DNA of 64,000 nt, taken from assembly GCA_010093815.1 (NCBI GenBank), contig ML996567.1; one strand, 5' to 3'. The position numbers and the translations under genes are program-made. How positions within the stretch are numbered: the stretch's first letter is position 1; the number at the start of each line of letters is the position of its first letter. Shown here one piece after another: positions 37,801-47,959 of the stretch. Below the pieces are notes generated by a model that saw only the letters and a list, made by a program, of their open reading frames with translations, was not told the DNA's origin and did not search any database. The DNA is from Pseudovirgaria hyperparasitica. Lineage: Eukaryota.

Positions 37801-38975
37801 AATTGGATAGATATAGACAGATATGGGATGAAGCATAAATCAAGATCGAACCATAAAGTCGTACGATGACGCTTGGGGAAGTCGCCCAAAGCGGACAGCG
37901 CCAAGGAGCAGCAGCACGAGACAGCAAAGACGGAAAGGGCAACCAGCACACACGCGACAATAACAACAGCAGCAACAACAACACAAACACAAACACAAAG
38001 GGGGGATTTCTGTCTGGGCCGGGAAGGTGCAGAGCCGCCGGGGGGATGAATGACAAGCAGCCAATCACAGCGCTAGCTCGCGTCCCTGATTCGACCTTCG
38101 CCTAGTCTTTTTTTTTTCTTTGGGGGGAGGCAATTATTTGTCCTGGGAAGAGAGAGAGAGGTGATAAGATTGTCCGACAGAGAGGGTAGGTAGAGCGTGC
38201 TTTGCTTGGACTTTGCGGTTTGGACTGATTGCAGCTGCGTACATACATGTCAGATATCACGGAGTAATGATGGGATGGACGCTGGAGAGTCGGATAGGTT
38301 GGTTGAGGGACGACTGAAGGAGCTATGCCCGACTTCGGGATTCACAGTGAGAGTGAGAGTAAGAGAGAGCGGGTAAGAGAATTGTGGTTCAGCCACGCAC
38401 GCCAGGGGCTGCTAGGGGGAAGAGTCAAACAGGGGGGACAGCAAGAGGCACAGGCACAGGGCACAAATGAATAGGAGGATGTTGTATAGAGAAGAAGATA
38501 AGAAATGGATTAATGGATTAATGAGAGAGTCCAGACGTCGACTCCCGACATCCTCGTTGCCCGAAGCAGCTAAGAATAAATATTTAAATCATTTGTGCTG
38601 CTGCATCACTGCCGCCGCCCGCCCTGCACCAAAACACACACACACACACTCACACACACATACACACATCCACACATCCACACAACATACAAAAAGCCTC
38701 CGCTGCTAATAATTGCCCAAGCTCGGAACTTACTGCAATCGGATTCGCCGCTGTCAGACCGCAACTTTTGCTACACGGCACTTGCTGCTACAATTTCTGC
38801 ATATTACTCCTCTCTGCCAACCCTTTCCCCGCCTAGCACACTGCTTTTCCCTCCACTACTACCACCACCACCACCCCTTCACTCTAATCTTCTTCACTCC
38901 TCACTCCACCACCTCCCACTCCTCAACTCAACCCCCCAAGAACACTCAACGTCCTCTTTCCAACGCCCTCACATC

Positions 38976-40701
38976 ATGGCCGCCCGCCCGCAGAACATTG
39001 GCATCAAGGCCATTGAAATCTACTTTCCCTCGCAGGTCTGTCTGCCCCTCCCTGCGTCCTGTTTTCCCCACCACAACAACAACAATAGCACGAACTGACC
39101 TGACTTCTGCCCGCAGTGCGTCGACCAAGCCGAGCTCGAAAAGTTCGATGGCGTCTCTCAGGGCAAATACACCATTGGTCTCGGCCAGACCAAGATGAGC
39201 TTCTGCGACGACCGCGAAGGTGCGACTCCCTACTACCTTTGTCCCCCGCAACGACGCGGCACTGACACTGACACTCCTCTTCTACTACAGACATCTACTC
39301 CCTCGCCCTCACCACCACCGCCTCGCTGCTCAAGAAGTACAGCATCGACCCCAAGTCCATCGGCCGCCTCGAGGTCGGCACCGAGACGCTGCTGGACAAG
39401 TCAAAGTCGGTCAAGTCGGTGCTCATGCAGCTGTTTGAGCCGCACGGCAACACCAACGTCGAGGGCGTCGACACCGTCAACGCCTGCTACGGCGGCACAA
39501 ACGCCCTCTTCAACTCGATAAACTGGGTCGAGTCGTCCGCCTGGGACGGCCGTGACGCCATTGTCGTTGCGGGCGACATTGCGCTGTACAAGAAGGGCAA
39601 TGCCCGCCCGACCGGCGGCGCTGGCTGTGTCGCCATGCTCGTCGGCCCAGACGCCCCCATTGTGGCCGACCCGGGTCTGCGTGGCAGCTACATTGTGCAT
39701 GCCTACGACTTTTACAAGCCCGACCTCACCAGCGAGTACCCCGTCGTCGACGGCCAGTTCTCCATCCGCTGCTACACCGAGGCCGTCGATGCCTGCTACA
39801 AGGCCTACAACGGGCGTGAAAAGACGCTCAAGGGCCTGGCGAACGGCCAGGCCAACGGTGCGAACGGACACGCGCCGACCGCACAGCACGAGACCCCGCT
39901 CGACCGCTTCGACTACATGGCCTTCCACGCCCCGACCTGCAAGCTCGTCTCCAAGTCGTACGCTCGCATGCTCTACAACGACTACCTCCAGGACCCCTCG
40001 AACCCGCTGTTTGCCGAGGTGCCCAAGGAGCTGCGCGACATGGACTACAAGACCTCCGTCACCGACAAGACGGTCGAGAAGACGTTCATGGGCCTGACCA
40101 AGAAGCGCTTCGCCGCGCGCGTCCAGCCCGCCACCCTCGTCCCCACCATGTGCGGCAACATGTACACCGCCAGCGTCTACGGCGGCCTCGTCAGCCTGAT
40201 TGCAAACGTCAGCAGCGCCGATCTGCTCGGCAAGCGCATCGGCATGTTCAGCTACGGCTCCGGCCTGGCCAGCTCGCTCTTTTCCTTCAAGGTCAACGGC
40301 GACGTGGCCGCGATGCAGCAGAAGATTGACCTGCACAAGCGCCTCGACGCGCGCCGTGTTGTGGAGCCGCAGGTCTATGACGATGTGAGTGGGCTTGTCT
40401 TTCTTGCAGTGTCTTGCAGTGTTTTGCAGTGTTTTGCAGTGTTTTGCAGTGTTTTGCAGTGTTTTGCAGTGTTTTGCAGTGTTTTGCAGTGTTTTGCAGT
40501 GTTTTGCAGTTATATTGTATACCCATTTGCGGCGTGTCACGTGCTAACCCTTTGCCCGTCCAGATGTGCAACCTCCGAGAACGTGCTCACCTCAAGAGCA
40601 GCTATTCCCCATCCGGCAACGCCGACACCATCGTGCCCGAGACCTACTACCTCACCGAGGTCGACGACATGTTCCGCCGCAAGTACGCCGTCAAGGCATA
40701 G
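38976..40701 (+). CDS. ERG13: HMG-CoA synthase; introns 39036-39116, 39220-39290, 40385-40563
   Basis: [42 protein letters not shown] (catalytic Cys), [21 protein letters not shown]. Confidence 0.97.
40401..40510. repeat. 10-bp minisatellite (GTTTTGCAGT), 11 units, inside ERG13 intron 3
   Basis: Two variant units followed by nine perfect units (40421-40510). Confidence 0.97.
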
Positions 40702-41589
40702 TATAGCGGTCTTGAATTCTACCTACCTTTTGCGTTTAGAGAAAATACCCGCCCGTACCTACTTGCTTCCGAAACCCCGCCCCCCTTTTTTGCGCATCTT
40801 GTCAGGAGTTTGATATGTTAGACGACGCCTCGATGTGGAAAGAAGCATAGAAGTGACGTTTCTTTGGCTTTTGCTGTGGCCAGCCTGGCGTGGGCTAGGT
40901 TGTTGTCAACAAGAGTGAGAGAGAGTAGATGGCTGCCGAAGCGACGGATTTTTACGTTTTTACCTTTTTTTTCCTTTTACTGGCGATACCGGGTGGTACT
41001 GGGTTTTAATGGTCATGTGACATGTGGACTGCAAACTGCAAACTGCAGTGCAAAAGACGAAACGTCGGTATATATATTTATATAGCTCGCAGCCTCGCAG
41101 CCTCTGAGCCTCGCAGATTCAACACCGCGACGGGTGTCTTTGCGCGAGGGGCGGTCTTCCCCCCGTTAGCCGGCAGTCTGGCACGGGGACAATGAGTAGA
41201 CTATAGATTTATGCTATTAGTATGATCTTTCTGGCATGGCATGACCTCGCTGCTGTTTTGAAAGAGCCCATCTTCTGTGTGCGCAAGGGACGATGTTATG
41301 ATGTGTTGTCTCGCGCCCGCCCGGCGGCTTACCGGATTGGGCGTCCCGGGGCTGCTCGACGTACCTACCTAACATGGTATGTAGCATGACCTCTGACCTG
41401 CAACGTCCCCGCATTATATTATATATATCGTCTACAACGACGTTCTGTTGTGCCTCTTATAAACGATATACTGCCGTTACCTTGGGGTTCTTAGCACACG
41501 AAATTATAATCACCGTTCTGCTGGGTAAGATACAAGGCGGATCCAGACGTTGACTTCGACATTGTTGCAAAGGACACTGCTATAACGAC

Positions 41590-41730
41590 GACATCAACGA
41601 CAATCACGACGACAATCACGACAATCACGACCACAATCACGACCACAATCACGACCACAATCACGACCACAATCACGACCACAATCACGACCACAATCAC
41701 GACCACAATCACGTCGACATCAACGACAAT
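41590..41730. repeat. 12-bp minisatellite (ACAATCACGACC)n with degenerate flanks
   Basis: Seven full units plus a partial unit from 41621. Confidence 0.95.
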
Positions 41731-41766
41731 CACATCACCCACCACTACCACCACCAACCCCAAAAA

Positions 41767-43266
41767 ATGCCCTCCCAACTCCCCCTCCCCCACCCAATCT
41801 CCTCCCTCGACACCCCCTCAATGCTAATCTCCCTCCCCGCCCTCGAATCAAACATCACCTCCCTCTTCTCCCTCCTCGCCGCCTCCCAATCCCCCAACAC
41901 CAAAAACAAAATCTCCGTCCGCCCCCACCTCAAAACCACCAAATCCCCACACATCGCCCACAGACTCACCCGCGCCGGCGCCCGCGGGTTCTGCGTCGCC
42001 AAGGTCTCGGAGGCAGAAGTCATGCTCGACGCGGGTGTGACGGATCTGTTGATTACCACCGAGGTGGTGGGCGAGGTCAAGGTTGCGAGGGTGGTGGAGC
42101 TTGTGCGGCGTGTGGAGGGGATCAATCTGGCTCGGGCTCGGGCTCGGGCTCGGGCTCAGGCTCAGAAGGATGGAGAGGAGGAAGGAGAGGAGGGAGATGG
42201 AGACGGAGAAGGGGAAGCAAGAATATGCTGCGTGGTAGACTGTCCCGCCGGCGCCGACGCGCTGAACCACGCCCTCGCCCTCGCCTCCCCTTCCCCCCAA
42301 TCCACGCCTCTAACCCTCGACATCCTCCTCGACATCAACACCGGCACCCACCGCACCGGCCTACCCCCCGGCCTCCCCACCCTCCACCTCGCGCAACACA
42401 TCCTCACGCAAACCCCGCACCTCCACATCCGCGGCATCCAAGGCTACGAAGGCCACGCACAGCACATCCACCCTGCATCTGCGCGGCGCGCCGCGTGCGA
42501 GGAGAGTCTGGCATTGCTTACTGGTACGGCGCGGCTGTTGAGGGGGGAAGGGGTGGATGTGGGCGTGGTGTCGTGTGGGGGCACGGGCACGGTGCGGGTT
42601 TGTGCGGAGTGGGTGGATGGCGTGGATGGGGTGACGGGCGTGACGGAGGTGCAGCCGGGGAGCTTTGTGGGCATGGATGCGGATTATTTGGATGTGGTTT
42701 GGGGGGGAGGGGCGTGGAATGCGGAGGAGGAGGGGGATGGAAAGGGGGATGGAAAGGGGGGAAAGGGGAATGAGGGTGATGGAAAGGAGGAGGGAAAGGG
42801 TGATGGAAAGGAGGAAAAGGAAAAGGAAAAGGAAGAAGAAAACGGCAAATTCAAACCCGCACTATGGATCCTAAGCACAGTCATCAGCGGACCCTGGGAC
42901 GTCGACGTCGACGACAACGACGACCAGCACCCCGAAACAGGACAGAAACAACCCCCCAACCGTCCCCGCCCCCGCCGCCGCCGCGCAGTAATAGACGCCG
43001 GCCTGAAATCACTCACCACCGACAGCGGGCCCGCGCGCGTCTGGCAGCGTCCCGGCGTGACATACGAGCCGCTCGGCGACGAGCACGGCGGACTGACCTG
43101 GGACGCGGACAGCGATCCACAGGGCGGATTCGCGTGGGGCGAGCGCGTGCTGCTTGTGCCGAGTCATATCGATCCGACGGTCAATCTGCATGATGTCTTT
43201 TATGCTTGTCGGGACGGGCTGGTGGAGGAGGTGTGGCCGGTTGTTGGGAGGGGGATGGTGCAGTGA
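41767..43266 (+). CDS. Fold-type III PLP enzyme, D-threonine aldolase / DSD1 family (intronless, with low-complexity insertions)
   Basis: LDTP, RPHLKTTK (PLP Lys), CVAKVSEAE, RTG, GIQGYEGH, GGTGT, TEVQPGSF..MD.DY, DAGLKS, GDEHG, PSHIDPTVNLHD. Confidence 0.85.
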   Translation: MPSQLPLPHPISSLDTPSMLISLPALESNITSLFSLLAASQSPNTKNKISVRPHLKTTKSPHIAHRLTRAGARGFCVAKVSEAEVMLDAGVTDLLITTEVVGEVKVARVVELVRRVEGINLARARARARAQAQKDGEEEGEEGDGDGEGEARICCVVDCPAGADALNHALALASPSPQSTPLTLDILLDINTGTHRTGLPPGLPTLHLAQHILTQTPHLHIRGIQGYEGHAQHIHPASARRAACEESLALLTGTARLLRGEGVDVGVVSCGGTGTVRVCAEWVDGVDGVTGVTEVQPGSFVGMDADYLDVVWGGGAWNAEEEGDGKGDGKGGKGNEGDGKEEGKGDGKEEKEKEKEEENGKFKPALWILSTVISGPWDVDVDDNDDQHPETGQKQPPNRPRPRRRRAVIDAGLKSLTTDSGPARVWQRPGVTYEPLGDEHGGLTWDADSDPQGGFAWGERVLLVPSHIDPTVNLHDVFYACRDGLVEEVWPVVGRGMVQ

Positions 43267-43681
43267 TTACAGGTGGTTCTTTTTTGTTTTTTTTTGTTTT
43301 TTTTTGGGGGGAGGGTATGTGGAATGAGGGGTTTAGGGTTTGTGGTTTGTGGTTTGCGGCATGTCGTACAATCATGATACATGATGATGCCTATTTGAGA
43401 TAGGAGTAGGCTAGTAGCTTGATCTGAGCAGTCTTGTCTCAAATCACCTCAAGCCCAACTCCCCAACACCAACGAAACAAAACAAAAGAAAACACAAGTG
43501 TCCATCGTCGGTCCATTGACCCATTCGCACCCTTCTCCGCAAACCCTTTCCCCATTCCAAAGACGCTGTAAACTCCCTTCGCTAACCCTTCCGAGCCGCG
43601 TCGCAAACATATCAGACTCACCTCACGTTCCTAGGCCAAAACGCTTCGTACATTCCCCCCCAACCCGGCACACCCGCGCAA

Positions 43682-45106
43682 TCAGCCGCTTATGGCCCTC
43701 GTGATCATAGCCCTCGGCGGCGACATACCAGACCGCGCCCGACAACCAAGCAATTCCCGGTTCTCCTTCTCCTCCTCCCTCTCCTCCTTCTTCCGCAACC
43801 GCGGTGGTGGCAACGAGCGCTTGGACACGCCCGCGCTCCGTGTAAGTCTTCGTGTCTTCACTTCCGCTTCCGCTTCCGCTTCCACTTTCGCTTTTGCTTT
43901 TGCTTTCGCTGTCCCCTGTCGATGTGCCGTCGCCGTCGAACGCGCCGCTGTACCCCGCTTTACAGCCTGTTTCCGGCGTCGCGTCTTCTGCTCCTCGCGC
44001 AACACACCAGCAACAGCCACAGCCACAGCCGCTCCTCCATCACCCTGCCCCTTCATCTCAACCAGATGTTCAAACAACCCACGAAGCTGGTCGGGCTTGC
44101 TGATATCATAGATGCGTGTCTCGTCATCAATATCGTCGACGGCCAGCTCTCCAGAGGTCAGAAGGTCTGCAAGATCCCGCCCTTTATACGTCAAATTCGC
44201 GGTTGGGTGCTGGGCGAGGTCAAACACGATGTTGGGCTTGCATTCGTCGCTGTCAAGCACGACGCATGATGTTTCCATTTTCTTGAAGAAGTCGTCGATG
44301 TCGGTGGTGAGGTAGCGGAGGAGGGGACTGATTACGAGACGGGCGAGGGCCGGGTGCTGGGGATTGTGTTAGATGATGAGAAGGCGTTTGAGGAGGGAGA
44401 AGGGGAGGATGACTCACGTCGAATGTAATTCCCCCACCATCATCTCTGCCCTGATTGGGCGCGAGGCGAAACGCGCGGCACATGTTTGTCAGTCCGTCGA
44501 ATTGCCAGTCACGCTCCATGTCGTCGTGTGCTTGTTGTAGGAAAGGGTCAGTGGTGCGCGGATTCCATATCTCCGTCACGCTGGCTACTTTGTCCATGAG
44601 AGGGTACATCTCCGGCGGCGTGTGGAAGAATAGATCCAGTAGATATGTAACTATGCTGTAAAGAATAGGCTTGTCGTCATCTAGGTGGAACATCTTTCGT
44701 TCGAGCGGACTGACCACTGCAACAACCCTGTCCGCCAGATTATCTGGTATGATATCCTTGAGCTGCGAGAAACTTGTGTATCTTCGGAAAGGCTGAGCAG
44801 AAACTACGACCGGGTATTCGAAGTCCTGGGGTAAGCATGTTAGCGAAAGCAAGGCTCACGCAGAGTTGACAAATGAAGTTATGCATATATACATACCAGC
44901 ATCAGTATTTGCGAATTTTGCTGGCTCTGGATGTTGATACTAAAGTCAAAAACGCGCAGAACATCGGTGATGGCAGATCGGATCATACCGTCGTCGAAGA
45001 GGCGTAGACCATATTGCAAGAACGACGGAGTTGCCGAGTCGTGGTTTTTGAGTATCGTGAGGAGGTCGGATTCCTTACAGCCGTTACCGAGTACGCGTGA
45101 TGACAT
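43682..45106 (-). CDS. Hypothetical protein of ~430 aa, family not recognised; exons 45106-44897, 44825-44418, 44356-43682
   Basis: Two phase-0 introns (gtatgt...ccccag and gtgagt...ccccag, each with a ctaac branch point) join three ORF-track fragments into one frame; basic low-complexity C-terminus. Confidence 0.65.
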
Positions 45107-45236
45107 GGTGAGAGCAGTATAATAGAGTGGACAGTATAGTATGATCAGATCTTTGAGTGGTGGTGTTGAGCAGAAGATGTGTGTGTGTGTGTGTAGGAGA
45201 GAAAGAGGAAGAAGGCAAGTTGGGAGCTGAAGTGAA

Positions 45237-45404
45237 GTGACGCTCAATTACGTCAGCAAGCTCAAACAACCTACCAAACTTGGTGGAATGTTGAGCCAAG
45301 GCGCTAACATGTATGAGTCACGTGGTTGGAGTGCCTTCGGGTAAAATCTGCGGCGTGAGTCATGCATGGAAGTGTCACGTGTGTTTTCTTGTCACGCTGA
45401 TTGG
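45237..45404. promoter_or_regulatory. Cluster of bZIP/bHLH-type motifs in a divergent promoter
   Basis: TGACG...TTACGTCA (~45238-45255), TGAGTCA 45314-45320 overlapping CACGTG 45319-45324, TGAGTCA 45356-45362, TCACGTG 45375-45381, ATTGG (reverse CCAAT) 45400-45404. Confidence 0.5.
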
Positions 45405-46112
45405 CCATAGAGTATCTATCTGCTCCCAACTCCCAACGCCCTGCTCCCTACTCAATGAGTGTTGACGACAACATACGGTGAATACACACAAAGTTGCCTT
45501 CTTCTACTTACTCTCCTCCGCACTGGACACAATTGATCTCTGGTTTACCAGCTTCTGGCCTGATCCCGATTCATGGTAGTCTTCTCCCTTGTCGGACAGC
45601 TCACAAGGGAGTCCACAAGCCATGCTGTGCCTCAAGGCAACTAACTTGACTGGCTCCGATAGACTCTTACCTGGTCTTTTGCTTGAGCGGTGCTAGGGTC
45701 TCCCAGCCAATACTGTGTGAACAACAAACAGCATATGGCCAGCAATGGAGTTTGTCCGGCGGCAAATAACAGGGTCCAGACCTCGTCGCCATCTTACTGG
45801 GTGATGCACAGGCTGAAGCCTGCAGTCTGTGGAGTGAAGTGCAGACTGAGGCCGGCGCGAGAGCTAGCCTTGCAAAACAATGGGATCCAATATTCTGCAC
45901 AGCCTCCTTCAAGGCAACAGGTAAAACACCAACCATCAGACGGAAGCTAGGTAGCTCCACCCTGGCGCTTACTCGCGCTTGGACACACTACTAGATAGAG
46001 CTGCCTTGCCTACCACACATCACCGCTGTTCGTCCTGCCTTGAGTCCTGAGAAGAAAGTTCCCGACAGTCTCTGTGCATCCAGGTAGACAAGTCTTTAGC
46101 AACACATACAAC

Positions 46113-47650
46113 ATGGATACCGAGCATTCCTCCATGCTTCAACGTGACGAATCTGAGGAAGTCGAAGCTGTCTATTTTCCAAGAGGAGAGCGACGACCTG
46201 ATGAGCTTCCCCAGGGGCGGTATATTGACCGAACGCTTGAGGCCGATATCACGTGCGCGGAGTCATCTGGACAACCACCGGCTAAGTATCAGAAGCAGAG
46301 CGCAGATGAGAAAGCAGCTACAGCAGAAGTCACCCCAAGGAAGTTTTGGACTCCGAGTGAGTGGGCCACCAAGCAATTGGAGTTCTGTCATGTTGTATTC
46401 TGTGTCAAGCAAACAGACAGGAGCTTAATCTGTCCCCCCGACTGGGTCGATGATCAGCTATTAGACTATCTGCTTCTAAACATGGAGATAAGTCCAAAAG
46501 ATGTAAAGCAAGACACAGTCACTGGCACCGGATACCCGAACCGGGTTGCAAGACTGCATGCTAATTACGAGTTGCGGAAGCACTTGCCACCTGGCCGTAA
46601 CGCTTATTCAGCATTGTCAAGCATCATTCAGAGAAAGAGAAAGAAAGGAGATGAAGATGGGGACGGAGATGAAGAGGAGGACGAGACGGAATCTGAACTC
46701 GAATTCGAAATGAGCGACGAGGAACCCACACAAACTGCGTCGCGTTCCGGCCGGAAGAAAGAACGTTACCGGAACGACCTTACGCCCCATGATGTTTTCC
46801 CGGACAACTACCCGGAGGACTACGTGCTTGAGCGTCACCAAACTAAGTCGGGCACAACTTCACCCACTCTTAGTCAAGAGGCTAAGGATGAGACTTATGT
46901 GGACAACCACATGCGACAGTTCTTGCATGAGTCACTGAATGCAAAATTGGGAGAGCAGTGGCCGGCTAATGATAAATACGTGACCCTGTGAGTACTGCTG
47001 CACCGAAAGTGAAGTTTGTCTGTGTTGATTCTTGGGCTTTATTAGTGAGCAGAATCAATATCCTTTCGCGATCTTCGGAAGAAACGTATATACCAAGCCC
47101 GACTTCTTTGTCACACGGCGCCCCAACGAACCGTGTCTCGTAGTCGAGGTAGGCATTCGGGCGGTAGTGAAGTGAGATGTTAGACATAGTCTGACTGTGC
47201 CCAGAATAAACAGTTGCATCATAGCTATTCAGTTCCAAACCTTCATGGTCAGCTAGTCGCAGAAGCCATCGGAATTGCAACAAACAGATACGCATACCTA
47301 CATGAACAGGGGCATCGAATCGTTGACCCTATGGAGGTAAGTCAGCTTACCTGTCGAATGTGCCGCAATCTATAATAAATCTAACTGTTTCATAGATAAC
47401 ATTGATATCGTGCGTCCATTTTACTGCCAAGCTCTACAAGGTGTACATTCCGGAGTCCTATCTGGAATGGTCCTCTCGAGCCCGATCATTATCAAGTCGT
47501 CCACCAGCACCAGGATATCTAAAGGTCGTGAGGGAGAGTCAGTTGTACGATCTGAAAAGCATGATCGGTTCGTCAGCGATGCTCAATCGAATATTACATA
47601 TCTTTCCACACCCACAGCCGCAGCCACAGCCACAGCAAACTGCATCCTAG
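46113..47650 (+). CDS. Putative PD-(D/E)xK (restriction-endonuclease-fold) protein, 454 aa; exons 46113-46987, 47046-47148, 47205-47336, 47396-47650
   Basis: Three GT-AG introns join in frame, giving ETYVDNHMRQFL ... YTKPDFF ... CLVVE|NK ... GQLVAEAIGIA ... ITLISC..F..KLYKVYIPESYL. Confidence 0.65.
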
Positions 47651-47959
47651 GGAGCGGTCACGAGCCATGATTACGCACACCGGTCCAGCGTTATCGATAC
47701 AGCAGGCACAATTGGCAACAAGCAGGACCTAGGAATACACGCTGCCCATAGAGCTGGTGTGTCGAACGGAGAACCGGGTTTAAAGGACGGATGGGTATCG
47801 GCGAAACAGGTGTCCCTTTCAGGAATATATAGTCCTCAATGTATCTAGCAATTGCCGCTCTCGGAGAAGGATGTGGCTTTGAGGGAGAGTTCCCCCTGTT
47901 TTTCAAACACACTCGTTAGACTCCTCCACTTTTACCCAATTACTCGGTTTGACATGATC

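Noticed and set aside
37521..38105. Overlapping ORFs with poly-Ile/His/Ser/Asp runs upstream of ERG13
   Set aside because: Products of (GAT)n and (CAA/CAG)n repeats; no splice-consistent gene model was found.
39401..40540. 379-aa antisense ORF with [10 protein letters not shown] repeats
   Set aside because: Shadow of the strongly codon-biased ERG13 gene; the peptide repeat is just the intronic 10-bp minisatellite.
40401..41730. Short tandem arrays as possible CRISPR arrays
   Set aside because: Head-to-tail repeats with no unique spacers, no cas genes, and a eukaryotic context.
43325..43355. GGGTTTAGGGTTTG telomere-like sequence
   Set aside because: Only one TTAGGG unit within a G/T-rich stretch; not an array.
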